From the NCBI GenBank assembly GCA_046290225.1, contig JBKAGE010000078.1, positions 416,001 to 480,000 on the forward strand: a stretch of 64,000 bases of DNA, in the 5' to 3' direction. This DNA is from Bradymonadia bacterium (GTDB lineage: Bacteria; Myxococcota_A; Bradymonadia; UBA7976; UBA1532). Below the pieces are notes generated by a model. That model was given only the letters and a program-made list of their open reading frames with translations. It searched no databases and was not told the origin of the DNA. How positions within the stretch are numbered: position 1 is the stretch's first letter; the number at the start of each line of letters is the position of its first letter. Positions 11,762 to 22,500 of this stretch are shown here, piece after piece. A program made the translations under genes and the position numbers.

Positions 11762-13168
11762 TCAGTGAGCGCCGCGGCGGAACACCATGACCTTGATCGT
11801 TTCGAGGATGATCTGGATGTCGTACAGGATGCCCATGTTCTTGATGTAGGCCAGGTCGTACTGCAGCTTCTGCAAGCTGTCGTCGGCAGTCTCGGCGTAC
11901 CGGAACTTCACCTGAGCGAGGCCAGTGACCCCGGGCTTCACGAACAGGCGCTGCCGGAAGAACGGGATCTCCCGCTGCAGCTTCACCACGAAGTAGGGTC
12001 GCTCGGGCCGAGGCCCCACGAGGCTCATGTCCCCCTTGAGCACGTTCCACAGCTGGGGCAGCTCGTCGAGGCGGGTCTTGCGGATGAAGTTGCCGAAGCG
12101 GGTGACGCGGGGGTCCACCTTCGAAGCCAGCTGAGGCCCGGTCTTCTCGCTGTCGGTGCGCATCGAGCGGAACTTGTAGATGGTGAACACCTTGCCGAAC
12201 TCCCCCACCCGCTCCTGGGCGTAGATGGCGGGGCCCGGGCTCGTGATCTTCACCAGCAGCGCGGTGATGGCCATGGGGATGCCGGCGACGATGAGGCCGA
12301 AGAGGCTGGCGGAGATGTCGAGCAGGCGCTTGGACACCTTGCGCAGATCGCTGCGGCGGAACCCGTCGCTGAAGATCATCCACGAGGGCTTGAGATCGGT
12401 CAGGTAGATTTTCTCGGCGAACCGCTCATAGAGGGCCACGCCTTCGACGATCTCCACCCCCTGGAACTTGAGGTCGAGCAGATCGCTTACCGGCAGGTTG
12501 CCGCGACGATCGTTCATGGCCACCACCACCATGTCGGCCTGGCTGCTGCGGCAGATCTCCTTGAGCTGATCGCTGGTGCCCACGACGTCGGGCTCCACGG
12601 CCTCGATCTCTCCGGAGACCTCCGGAGGCTGGGTGTCGCCCTCGCGGCGGCGTCGGTCGTCCTTCTGGCCACGGAGCAGCCCCACCAGCCGGTAGCCGAG
12701 GGGCTCGCGCTCTTTGATCATGGTGCTCAGCTCCGCAGCGAGAGAGCCAGTGCCCATGATGAGGACCCGGGTGCGGGCCTGAGCGCCGATGTAGCGGCTC
12801 AAGATCGTCCGCCAGATCACGAAGATGATCGCCGAGAGCCCGAGGGCGGCGGCGAAGACCCGACGATCGCCGAGCTCGGTGAAGATGATGTAGGCCAGGC
12901 CACCGATCAACACGGCGAGCACCAGGGCGGCGATGAGCCGGCTCAAGAGCGCCCGCGGTGGGATGACCGAGCGGAAGTCGTATAAGTCGCTGTAGAAGAG
13001 GCTGGCCTGGAAGATCATGGCGAGCAGTACCCCCTTCATGGGGGCCAGGTACCAGCTGATCTCGAGGTTGGCGTCGAGGAGCGTCCACATCCAGGTGGAC
13101 ACGAGGAACATGGCGAAGAACAACAAGGTCTCCACCAGTGCCACGAGCAAGGAGAAACGACGACTCAT
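11762..13168 (-). CDS. Polyprenyl-phosphate hexose-1-phosphate transferase (initiating sugar transferase, EpsZ/WbaP/TIGR03013-like)
   Basis: N-terminal TM helices, [52 protein letters not shown]. Confidence 0.92.
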   Translation of the reverse strand: MSRRFSLLVALVETLLFFAMFLVSTWMWTLLDANLEISWYLAPMKGVLLAMIFQASLFYSDLYDFRSVIPPRALLSRLIAALVLAVLIGGLAYIIFTELGDRRVFAAALGLSAIIFVIWRTILSRYIGAQARTRVLIMGTGSLAAELSTMIKEREPLGYRLVGLLRGQKDDRRRREGDTQPPEVSGEIEAVEPDVVGTSDQLKEICRSSQADMVVVAMNDRRGNLPVSDLLDLKFQGVEIVEGVALYERFAEKIYLTDLKPSWMIFSDGFRRSDLRKVSKRLLDISASLFGLIVAGIPMAITALLVKITSPGPAIYAQERVGEFGKVFTIYKFRSMRTDSEKTGPQLASKVDPRVTRFGNFIRKTRLDELPQLWNVLKGDMSLVGPRPERPYFVVKLQREIPFFRQRLFVKPGVTGLAQVKFRYAETADDSLQKLQYDLAYIKNMGILYDIQIILETIKVMVFRRGAH

Positions 13169-13321
13169 CAATTCATCCGGGTGATTGTGGAGTCAAACAC
13201 GGGATGTGCCTTCAGTGGCCCGTCGAGCGGTAATCTGGTCGATGCTCCGCTCAAGCGGTGAAGGTCTCCGTGGGGCTGGACAGGCGCCATACGGCGAGGG
13301 GTTGAGGTCCGAGACCGCAGG

Positions 13322-14827
13322 TCAGGTGATGCCCTTCGGGGTCGGTCTTCGATTGTTTTCCGTCCTGATCTGCTTGCGCTGCTTGCGCTTGTCTTTGATC
13401 TGCATCGGCTCGTAGGAGGCGATGCTGACCAGCACCGGCAAGTCGGTCACACGCTTGAGTTCATACTCGTTGTATACGGTCTGATCGAAGTACACCATAA
13501 TCAAGGCCACGAGAATGCCCGCGAGCAGCGACACGATCCCGCCGAGGGCCAGGAGCACTTTGCGCCCCAATCCCACAGGGGAGATGGGCAAGTTCGCGGG
13601 ATCCTGAATCTCGAAGCGGTTCCCCCGCTCGGCGAGCTCCATCTGGTAGAGGGTCTTGGCCTCGGAGAGCTGTTTGTCGGCGGTGGTCATCTGCTTGATG
13701 AACCGCGCGCGCTCACGCTCCATCTCGTCGAGACGGGCCTGGACCTCGGGCACTCTGGGATTCAGCGCCTCGGCCTCTTTCACCTTGCGCTCGAGGTCAC
13801 TTCGCTTTCTCTTGGCGCGCTTGAGCTCACCCTTGGTGCTCGCGATCTCAGATCTCAGATTGGAGACCCGTGGATCATAGCCCCTCTTCTTCGGCTTTGC
13901 GTTGGGGCTGGTCGACCCGCCGAGGATCTCGATCTTCTGCTTGACCACTTTGACCTTGCTGCGCGCGGCCACAACATCGGGGTGAGCTGATGTGTACTGC
14001 TTCTCGAGCTGCCTCAAGTTGGCCCGGGCCTCGGCCAACTCGATCCTCGCAGCTTCGAGCCTCGGGTTCCGTGTGGGACCGCTCGCCTGGATCGGATCTG
14101 CGAGGATGGCGTTCAGCTCGGAGTAGAGGGTGGACAGCCTGATCTCGGAAGCCTCGATGCTCCCGCTGGTGATCTCGAGTTGCTGCAGCAGAGGCCCCAG
14201 GGGGTTGTCGATCTCGGATTGCTGGAGAGTCTTCCAATTGTCCTTCTTATAGGCGGTGATCTTCTCGTCGATCATCTGCAGCGAGCGATCGTACTCGTTC
14301 ACCATCTGCTGTGCCCGCTCCATGTTGACCCGGCGCTCTTTGAGCTCCTCGGTCTGGTTCTGCTCGATGATGAGCTTCGACAGGAAGTCGGTGACGAGCT
14401 GGGCCGTGAGCGGGTTCTTATGACTGAAGGAGACCTGGAACGAGTCTTTGCCGCGCTGGTTGACCCCGATCTTGGAGCGCATCTCGTTCACGATCCACTC
14501 CATCGGTTTGTTCTCCGACCGCTCCTTCTTGTAGAGGTCGTGCTCACCGATGATGCGCTCGAGGGTGGTGCGGCTCTTGAGCACAGGCACCAGGTTGTGC
14601 AGCGACGTCTGGATCTTCTTGCCGACGCCGGTGTTCATGTCTTTGAGCTTGGGCGCCTGGACCAGGATCAGCGCCTGCGACGTGAACTTCGGGGGCTTAC
14701 GCCAGACCACCACGCCGATGATGGTGGTGAGGGTGAAGAAGATGCCGAAGATGAGCCACTTCCGCATCATTACGCGGCGAGCGATCTGAACATAGTCGGC
14801 GATGGACTTGGGCTTGAAGAAGGCCAT
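13322..14827 (-). CDS. Polysaccharide co-polymerase (Wzc/Wzz, EpsV-like) without a fused tyrosine kinase
   Basis: TM, long coiled coil with YTSAHPDV, IQDPANLP, second TM, LPVLVSI, short basic tail. Confidence 0.88.
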   Translation of the reverse strand: MAFFKPKSIADYVQIARRVMMRKWLIFGIFFTLTTIIGVVVWRKPPKFTSQALILVQAPKLKDMNTGVGKKIQTSLHNLVPVLKSRTTLERIIGEHDLYKKERSENKPMEWIVNEMRSKIGVNQRGKDSFQVSFSHKNPLTAQLVTDFLSKLIIEQNQTEELKERRVNMERAQQMVNEYDRSLQMIDEKITAYKKDNWKTLQQSEIDNPLGPLLQQLEITSGSIEASEIRLSTLYSELNAILADPIQASGPTRNPRLEAARIELAEARANLRQLEKQYTSAHPDVVAARSKVKVVKQKIEILGGSTSPNAKPKKRGYDPRVSNLRSEIASTKGELKRAKRKRSDLERKVKEAEALNPRVPEVQARLDEMERERARFIKQMTTADKQLSEAKTLYQMELAERGNRFEIQDPANLPISPVGLGRKVLLALGGIVSLLAGILVALIMVYFDQTVYNEYELKRVTDLPVLVSIASYEPMQIKDKRKQRKQIRTENNRRPTPKGIT

Positions 14828-14838
14828 ATTTCACCTGC

Positions 14839-16374
14839 TCACTGTGGGGCGCCGGGGCGAAGACCGGGGTAGTTGATCGTCAGGCCGAGCAAGAATCGAT
14901 GGCTGACCTGCTGGTCTTGACGATCGATGCCACTGAAACGGTGATTGTAATTGTAAGCAAGCGACAAAACCATGCGGTTGCTCAATTGATACAGATAATT
15001 CACAGCCCCCTGAAAGTTGTCACTCGTCAGGGCTGTGTCTCCGCGTTCCAGGGCTTCCTCCGGGGTTTCACCGGGCAACGCCACTACGAGGAGCGGCTGC
15101 TGCCTGATGTAGCCAACTGTAGCACGAAAGTTCGACTGGTCGATGAACTGGCCCAGGATGCTCACGGTGCCGCCGATGTTGTCGAACACCGCACCCAGCT
15201 CACTGCGCTGAATGGCCCGGAAACCCGCAAACTCATATCGCCACTGTTGCCAGGTGTAGATCAGCAGGCCCCGAGCGAGCACCCCGATCTGCTGCTGATC
15301 TGGATCGTCTACGGGGTAGAGCAGGTTCATCCCGAGCTCGGCCCCCACGGACCACAGCGGGGTCAGGTTGTAGGCGATGCCCCCTGATCCCAGAACGCTC
15401 TGGGTGGCTGTCTGGGCCCCAGCATCAACACCTTCCCGGGTGCTCACGGGCTGGAACCAGGTCCGGTTCCCTTGCAGGGTGAGGTTGAGTCGGGTGAGCG
15501 CAGCCGGGGTGTGCTCCCAGTTGATGCCCACGTTGAGCGCCTGGGAGTCGAAGAAGTTCAAGTTGAACTCTCGAATCAAGTCGCGGTCGATGAACAGCTG
15601 ACTGTCGAAGCCCGCCTGGGCAAGAATCCGCGTCGTCGGGGAGTAGGTGTACGCCACCCCGGCGAACTCCGTATGTCGGATATATCTTACAATGCTGATG
15701 AGGCGCGCGCCGGTGGCCCCTTGAGCGTTGATGCCCTGCTGATCCTCGGGGTTGGTCACCTCTGGCGTCTGCACGCCCCCCTGGTTCGGGTCGACTGCAT
15801 CTCCGGGGAGCTGCCCGCCACCGACCTGGGTGGGATCGAGGGCGGCGGTGCCGAGATCCTGTTCGGCCCGGAAGACCCCCCAGAACAAGTTGCCGCCAAC
15901 GTTGATCCGCCACCGGGGCGTGGGGGTGATCAGCGTCTGGATCAACACCGCTTGGAGCAGATCCTCAGGCTGTAAGATGAGATCCCCGGCCACCTGACCA
16001 CCGACGGTGTAGGCGGCGAGGGTGTCGGTCTTGGGGGTGAGATATCGGATCCCTGTGGCGCCGAGGATGCTGTAACCAGCGAGCGTACGGGTGTTCTCCG
16101 TGCGCTGAGTGGTGATGTCCTGCTGCTCGCCGTCTTCACCCCCCGTAAGCTCATCGAGCTGGCGGGTGTTGGTGGCCTCCAGGGTGCTGAAGACCGAGCC
16201 CGAGGCGAAGAACGTCCACGGTTGAGTCCGCCCGCCCAACACGCCACCGGCGCCGCCACCCCCCTGACCACCACCACCGATGCCAGCGCCACCACCGCCC
16301 TGCTGCTGAGCTGAGGCGCTGGCGCTGAAGGCGAGCACGGCGATCCCTGCCGCCCATGTTCTGAATCGAACCAT
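14839..16374 (-). CDS. Outer-membrane beta-barrel of polysaccharide export (EpsX-like)
   Basis: Signal peptide, Gly-rich linker, alternating beta-strands, C-terminal FLLGLTINY; located between the OPX and PCP genes. Confidence 0.7.
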   Translation of the reverse strand: MVRFRTWAAGIAVLAFSASASAQQQGGGGAGIGGGGQGGGGAGGVLGGRTQPWTFFASGSVFSTLEATNTRQLDELTGGEDGEQQDITTQRTENTRTLAGYSILGATGIRYLTPKTDTLAAYTVGGQVAGDLILQPEDLLQAVLIQTLITPTPRWRINVGGNLFWGVFRAEQDLGTAALDPTQVGGGQLPGDAVDPNQGGVQTPEVTNPEDQQGINAQGATGARLISIVRYIRHTEFAGVAYTYSPTTRILAQAGFDSQLFIDRDLIREFNLNFFDSQALNVGINWEHTPAALTRLNLTLQGNRTWFQPVSTREGVDAGAQTATQSVLGSGGIAYNLTPLWSVGAELGMNLLYPVDDPDQQQIGVLARGLLIYTWQQWRYEFAGFRAIQRSELGAVFDNIGGTVSILGQFIDQSNFRATVGYIRQQPLLVVALPGETPEEALERGDTALTSDNFQGAVNYLYQLSNRMVLSLAYNYNHRFSGIDRQDQQVSHRFLLGLTINYPGLRPGAPQ

Positions 16375-16409
16375 CTCGAGCCTCCCGAGCTGCGTATCTC
16401 AGAGAAGTC

Positions 16410-16994
16410 TCAGGGCACGACGATGGTGTCGCCGGTCTGCAGGTAGATGTTGTCCTTGAGGCGGGTGCCGTTGATCACCGCGTCGTAATCGAAGAGCAGC
16501 CGCTTCTGCCCGTCGGGGAACCGACGGATGATGATGGTCTTGTGAGGGCTGGCGAACTCATTGAAGCCGCCGGCCATCGACAACCCCTGGAGCACGGTGA
16601 CGAGCCGGTTGGAGGTGTACCGGTTGGCGCCCCGCACGTTGCCCACGACATAGAACTCGTAGCTCTGCAGCTCGACGAGGGTCACGGTGACGATGGGGGT
16701 CTTGATGAAGGCGGCGAGCTTGCGCACGACCTGATCTTTGACCTCGGTGGGGGTCAGCCCCACCACCCGAATGTCGTCGATGAGGGGCAAAGTGATGAAA
16801 CCGTCGGGCCGCACCACCACGCGCTCAGCGCTGAAGCTGGGGTTGTCCCGAACGCTCACCTCGAGGATGTCGGCCACACCGAGACGGTACTCGGGGGCTG
16901 CGGTGGGGCTGGTGGCGAACTCACCCTTGGGCCCCCCGCCACAGGCGGTGAGCAGGGCAAGACAGATCATCAGCGGTGTCATCAGGCTGCGCAT
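16410..16994 (-). CDS. Short OPX/Wza-family polysaccharide export lipoprotein (EpsY-like)
   Basis: Start ATG 16994 after RBS GAGGGG; lipobox LLTA|C; PES motif YRLGVADIL...VRPDGFITLPLI; one SLBB domain; ends at GDTIVVP with no C-terminal helix. Confidence 0.9.
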   Translation of the reverse strand: MRSLMTPLMICLALLTACGGGPKGEFATSPTAAPEYRLGVADILEVSVRDNPSFSAERVVVRPDGFITLPLIDDIRVVGLTPTEVKDQVVRKLAAFIKTPIVTVTLVELQSYEFYVVGNVRGANRYTSNRLVTVLQGLSMAGGFNEFASPHKTIIIRRFPDGQKRLLFDYDAVINGTRLKDNIYLQTGDTIVVP

Positions 16995-17120
16995 GGTTCC
17001 CCTCTTCGCTCTTCGCCACTTCACGGACAGTGTGGTTGCCACACCGTGCTGTATACAAAGCCCTTCGGCGGGAGTCCAACTCACCTTGCGAGGGTGGGTC
17101 CAGGCTCGTAACCTCCGCTC

Positions 17121-18023
17121 ATGCACACGCGACCTCTTTATCTGGCCCTTGCTCGTTTGCCCCTCGCAGTGGGTGCTCTGTCTCTGTTGACCCACTGCGG
17201 CAGCCCGCCAACACGGGTCGCCGAGGTGAAGGTGATTCGCCCTCAGGGGTGGCCTCAAGCGGCCCGGGCCTCAGTAGAAGAAGCCATAGAAGAGGCCAGA
17301 GAGGTCACCCAAAAACATGGAGGCATGGGCGACATTGTGAACGCCCGCACGCGCTTGCGTGGGGCGATGAAGACTCAGGTGAGGCGCTATGGCCAGGCCC
17401 CTGCAGAGCTCCTCACGGCCTCTGCAGAAGCGCTCTCGGGGCTTGAGGCCGCCGAGATCGCCATGATGCGGCAGTCGATACAGCTTCAGGATGAGCTGTC
17501 AGCAGCGGCCACTCAAAAGGCAGAGGCAGAAGAGGAAGCGGCTGCTCAAAATGAGACCGCGCCCCCCGCCCCTTCGGAGTCAGACCTGAAGACGGTGTTC
17601 CTCCGCTGGCCAGTCGAGAAGATGAAGATCACCAGCCTGTACGGCCCACGAAAGAGCCCTCATCTACTTGAGAACAAAAAGCGCGTGTTCCACGACGGCA
17701 CTGACTTCAGGGCGGCAGAGGGCACCCCCATCATGGCCTGCGCCGGAGGGGTGATCACCCACGCGAAGCGAAAAGGCGGCTACGGCCTGATGATCTCGGT
17801 GGACCACGGGCTCGAGGTCTCCACCCACTACGCCCACCTCTCGGAGATGAAGGTGGTGGTGGGGCAAAAGGTGCAGGCGGGTGAGGTGATCGGTCTCGCC
17901 GGCCAGACGGGAAAAACCACAGGCCCTCATCTTCATTTGATGGTCACGGTGAAGGGCCGAAAGCGGGATCCGATGTCTGCCCTGGGCCGAACCCTCGCAC
18001 AAATCACGGCCCCAAACCGCTGA
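17121..18023 (+). CDS. M23 family metallopeptidase, possibly a lipoprotein
   Basis: ITSLYGPR, HDGTD (HxxxD), GYG, YAHLS, TTGPHLH; N-terminal LLTH|C. Confidence 0.88.
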   Translation: MHTRPLYLALARLPLAVGALSLLTHCGSPPTRVAEVKVIRPQGWPQAARASVEEAIEEAREVTQKHGGMGDIVNARTRLRGAMKTQVRRYGQAPAELLTASAEALSGLEAAEIAMMRQSIQLQDELSAAATQKAEAEEEAAAQNETAPPAPSESDLKTVFLRWPVEKMKITSLYGPRKSPHLLENKKRVFHDGTDFRAAEGTPIMACAGGVITHAKRKGGYGLMISVDHGLEVSTHYAHLSEMKVVVGQKVQAGEVIGLAGQTGKTTGPHLHLMVTVKGRKRDPMSALGRTLAQITAPNR

Positions 18024-18080
18024 CTTCACTCAAAGAAATCAGGCCACTGCATTTTTTTTGAGGTTGATCGACATTTTTTC

Positions 18081-18109
18081 TTGCCCATCGGGGAAGCCGT
18101 CCGTATATT
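18081..18109 (+). promoter_or_regulatory. sigma70-type promoter of tRNA-Gly
   Basis: TTGCCC-17 bp-TATATT with an AT-rich upstream tract. Confidence 0.6.
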
Positions 18110-18178
18110 CCCGCTCACCTTCGGCGCTGAGCCGGCCCCAAAACGGGCAGCCAAACAAGGTCAAAGGAAATCCACTGA

Positions 18179-18253
<75 letters not shown>

Positions 18254-18255
18254 AG

Positions 18256-18286
18256 AAAAGCCCCTGGTTTTCCAGGGGCTTTTTTT
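18256..18286 (+). terminator. Rho-independent terminator after tRNA-Gly (bidirectional-looking)
   Basis: AAAAGCCCCTGG-TTTT-CCAGGGGCTTTTTTT. Confidence 0.9.
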
Positions 18287-18550
18287 ATTCCGTGCTCTGA
18301 ATTTCCATTCCTATCCAATCAGCCTCTCCCCTGCGTGCTCCATACCTCACGCTTTCAACCCTCCCGACTCAAATTGAGCCCGGCCCACAATGAGCCAGAT
18401 CTGGCAGATGATGATGTGCAGCTGCACAGACTTCAGAGTTGCCGACGTGTTTGGTGTGTATCCTGGCGAGACAGTGTCTCAGACATCTGTTAAAGACGTT
18501 CGATACACTGCATATTTCAGATGTGCCCCATATTGAGAGGGTACGTCGGC

Positions 18551-18580
18551 AAGAGGCCCTCAAGAGATGGCGGGCCTCTT
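18551..18580 (-). terminator. Hairpin directly after the metzincin stop codon
   Basis: AAGAGGCCC...GGGCCTCTT inverted repeat; U-tract weak. Confidence 0.4.
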
Positions 18581-19205
18581 ACTGAGGCGACACCGGCACG
18601 ATCTCCACCACCTCACCTGTGCTCTTGTGCAGCCACAGCGCGACGTCCTTCAGATGCCGGGCGTGTGTTCTCGGTGTAACTGGCTTGGCCCCCTTTGGGG
18701 TCACTCCGTTGGACATCACGCTGCTGGCGTCAGCAACTGGCGATGTGGGGTGTTGAGCGCCAAAGGCGTACTCATCATAAGCCCCCAACATGTGTCCCAC
18801 CTCATGGGCGATGACCCACGCTGGATCCTCGATGTTCCAGTTGAGTTTGTCAGCGTGGCCTCGTCCCGGGCGAACCAGAACGATGTGTTGAGGATGTGTG
18901 GCGTGGAAATCCAGATCCACCTCGATGGGCACCCTTCTATCACCGAAGGCAGCCTCGAACTTGCCGGTCCACAGCGCCTCGACCTCCTTCTCCCATACAG
19001 CTCTGCGCGCCCTCAGCTCTTTGGCTGTGACCCCAGCAGAGACCAGCTTGATCCCGAGACGAATCGAGATCCGCTCGGGGTACACGCTGAGCGTATATTT
19101 CACCGTCCACCCGAAGCCCCCGGTCTTCACCCGGTGGCTGACATCTACCGTGTGTGTGGGGCCCAGCACAAAGAGGCCACATAATAAAAAATTAGAAAAT
19201 TTCAC
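18579..19205 (-). CDS. Small secreted metzincin-type zinc metalloprotease
   Basis: HEVGHMLGAYDEY (HExxHxxGxxD) followed by SSVM Met-turn; hydrophobic N-terminus; GTG start. Confidence 0.75.
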   Translation of the reverse strand: MKFSNFLLCGLFVLGPTHTVDVSHRVKTGGFGWTVKYTLSVYPERISIRLGIKLVSAGVTAKELRARRAVWEKEVEALWTGKFEAAFGDRRVPIEVDLDFHATHPQHIVLVRPGRGHADKLNWNIEDPAWVIAHEVGHMLGAYDEYAFGAQHPTSPVADASSVMSNGVTPKGAKPVTPRTHARHLKDVALWLHKSTGEVVEIVPVSPQ

Positions 19206-19340
19206 GGCAACGAAGAGTCAGAAGGCAGATGTCCTGTGATGTACGGCGTGTGAATTCTATCAAAGGGGGTGTGTTTTTTAGGGGCTTCACAGATCCAGGG
19301 TTTCCTTTTCACTTGATGTGCCCCATGATGCCACGTGTAA

Positions 19341-19547
19341 GCACTTGAGGGGAGTGCGCCTGCTCAACACCACAGGGATTGTACCTGTGGAGCAGGTTGC
19401 TGGCGTGACTGGACGTGTCCAGACATGCTGAACATTCAAGGCCCGAGTAGGGCGCACGCCTTGGGCGGTTCGACTTCGATGAGGGATTGAAGTCGAACTG
19501 GCCGAGGGTCGATTTTTCGAGCAATTCCGTCGAGTTGCTCGAAGATC
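19341..19547 (+). ncRNA. Highly structured leader RNA candidate upstream of the giant operon (unclassified)
   Basis: Six contiguous hairpins whose imperfect pairs are mostly G-U on the + strand, e.g. CGGTTCGACTTCGAT-GAGGG-ATTGAAGTCGAACTG. Confidence 0.6.
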
Positions 19548-19585
19548 TCCCCGCAGGAACAGATTATGTGGAGGTAACGGTCGTG

Positions 19586-22500
19586 ATGCGTATCCGTCAT
19601 GCGGTCGTAGTTTGTCTTCTCTGGACAGTCGGGCTCTTCGTGGCCCCCGCTGCGGCGCAGGTCGCCGAGCACTCAGGGACCATCACCGCGCAGACGACAT
19701 GGTCCGCTGAGGTGACCCACCTCATCACAGGTGATGTAACGGTCAACGCCGACGTCATCTTGAACATCGATCCAGGCACGGTGATCAAGTTCCGCAGCGG
19801 AACCCGACTCACCGTCAATGGGGCGATGATCGCGCGCGGTGTAGAAGGCGGTGAGATCTACTTCACCTCCTACCGCGACGATGAGATTGGCGGTGACACC
19901 AACGGTGACGGCCCCTCGTATGGCCGCCCGGGTGACTGGGAGTACATCCGCTTCTCCAGCACCGTCGCCGCTGACGTCACCAAGCTTGAGCACGTCCACG
20001 TGCGGTATGCGGGTCAGGGCAACTTCACCGGCATCTACCTGGAGTCGGCGCCCATCACCTTCCGCGACGGCTCGATCACCGACAGCAGCGCCCACGGTCT
20101 CTACCTGACCAGCGCCAATGCCCTCATCGAGCGCAACGTCTTCGCCCGGAACGGCTTGGACGGCATCTGGATGCAGCACAGCTACCCAACCATCCACGAC
20201 AACACGATCAGCGAGAACAACGACGGCGTGAGCGTCCAGTACTCAGCCCCCGACCTCGTGGGCAACACGATCGTGAACAACCGTGGCTGGGGCATCAACT
20301 ACCGCTCCAGCGCCACCTCCACGGTGCTCTCGGGCAACACCATCACTGGCAACCTCCGCCCCGCCCGTATCCCCGCGAGCGCCCTACCCAACCTGGAGGA
20401 CGGGAACACATTCGTGCCCAACCAGATCCCAGCGCTCTGGATCTACGCAGGTACACGGAACAGTGACATCCGACTGCCAGTGCTGCGGGATGGGGACTCC
20501 GTCCTGAGGACTTACTACGTCCACAATGGCCGGCTCCGCATCACCGACGGCCACACCTTCACCGTCGACCCTGGCGTGGTGATGAAGTTCGGCAACGACA
20601 GTGGTCTCCAAATCGAGGGGACCATGAACGCCATCGGCACCGCCGACGAGGAGATCGTCTTCACCTCGGTCTACGATGACAGCTACGGCGGCGACCTCGG
20701 TGCCAATGGGGGCCGCCATCCCGCCAGGCGCGACTGGTACGGGCTCCTGTTCTCGAGTGCTGAGGAAGTCAACCTCGAGCACACCCGGGTGCTCCACGCC
20801 GGTGACAACCAGGGTGCCATTCAGCTGAACAGCACCACGTTGAACATGACGCACTCGGAGATCGCCTTCTCCTACGCCCAGGGCCTCTACTTCTACGGCA
20901 ATGGCAACACGCTCACCTTCGACAACGTCGACATCTATGGTTGCCGTGGCGACGGCATGTACTTCCAGAGCAACGGCACGTTCAACGGCACCAACATGCG
21001 CGTCTTCGCCAACGGTGACGACGGCATTCACACGGATCACAGCGCCGCCATCACCATCACAGGCGCCATCTTCGGCAACCGTGGCCATGGGGTGAGGGGC
21101 AGTGGCAGCGCTGTTCTGACGGCTCAGGACGTGTGGTGGGGTGCCGCCGATGGGCCGAGCGGTGATGGTCCGGGCTCCGGTGACTCCATCGTCAACCAGG
21201 TGGATGCTTCCAACCCCCGTGGCGTGGGCGACCGCTACAGCTACCTCGACGCGGGCCCCAACAACACCACTGGTGGCGACCTGGCGACGCCCAACGTCGT
21301 GCAGGGTCTGCCCTCGGTAGAGTTCGGCACCTCCCGCGACTACGACCTTCTCTATGATCTCGATCAGGTGATCGTGGACTTCGGGGCGGTGAACACCGCC
21401 CGGGCCCTGGAGGCCATCCTCGTCTATCACAACAACGATTCGACGGCGAACGTCGGCGGCAATGTGCAGCAGCTCCTGGACGGCAACGGCGATCTGCTCC
21501 ATGGCCCCATCGAGCTGGGGAGCAGCCTCCCCCACGCCATCAAGGTGCCCATCCCGGCCACCGCCTACGACAACGAGCCGCTCCGCCTGCAGGTGGACAA
21601 GGTCTTCGGCCAGCGTGCTGTACTCGCAGAGGTCTACCTGCTCGAGCGCGATGGCGGAGCTGATGTGCCCACCTCCTCCATCACCTCTCCCGCCAACGGC
21701 GATCGCCTCGCTGGCTCCACCATCGAGGTGAAGGGCCAGTCCAACGCCGCCAGCGGCGTCACCCAGATCGAGGTGGGCGTGGACGGCGGCGATGGCTTCA
21801 CCTGGCACCCGGTGGCCTCGGTCGATGGCAACAACTGGATCTTCCGCTGGTCCACCCCCGTAGACGGCACCTACACCCTCACCGCCCGTGCCCTGAGCAG
21901 CAGCGGCAACTGGGAGGTGGCTGGGGCCGGCATTCAGGTCATCGTCGACAACACCGCCCCTGATGCCGCCACCGAGGTCTACGCCTACGACACGCCGGTG
22001 GACGCCGGTGGTCGCATCGAGGTGCGTTGGACCGACTCTGCCTCCAGCGACGTCGCGCTCTACCGCGTGGAGCGCAAGGCTGCGGATGAGATCTTCTACA
22101 CTGAGCTCGGCACCACCGTTCAGCCTCAGTGGAGCGACGCCACGGCGGTGAACAATGTGTTCTACACCTACCGGATCGTCACCGAGGATCTGACGGGCAA
22201 CCGCACCACCTCCGAGGAGAGCGCTCCTGCCCAGGCCATTCTCAACGGTGGCGCAGACGCCACTCCCCCAGAGAACGTCACCAACCTGAGCGCTTTCGCC
22301 GGCGACGGGTTCGTCCAGCTTAACTGGACCCGCAGTGTGGACTCTGCCAACGATCTGGCAGACCAGCTCATCCAGGCGTCTGTGGACGGCGGGGCCAGCT
22401 GGGGGGTCGTGGCGCCCAACTACAACGACGCTGGTGCAGTCACCGTCAACAAGCTGACCAAGGCCTATTTCTTCGATGGCCTGGCCAATGGGACCACCTA

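Noticed and set aside
19464..19475. ops (RfaH) element in the leader
   Set aside because: GGCGGTTCG does not match GGCGGTAG and is part of a stem.
19487..19585. TTG start at 19487 for the giant gene
   Set aside because: It lies inside a hairpin stem with no good RBS; ATG 19586 has GGAGGT and begins a clean signal peptide.
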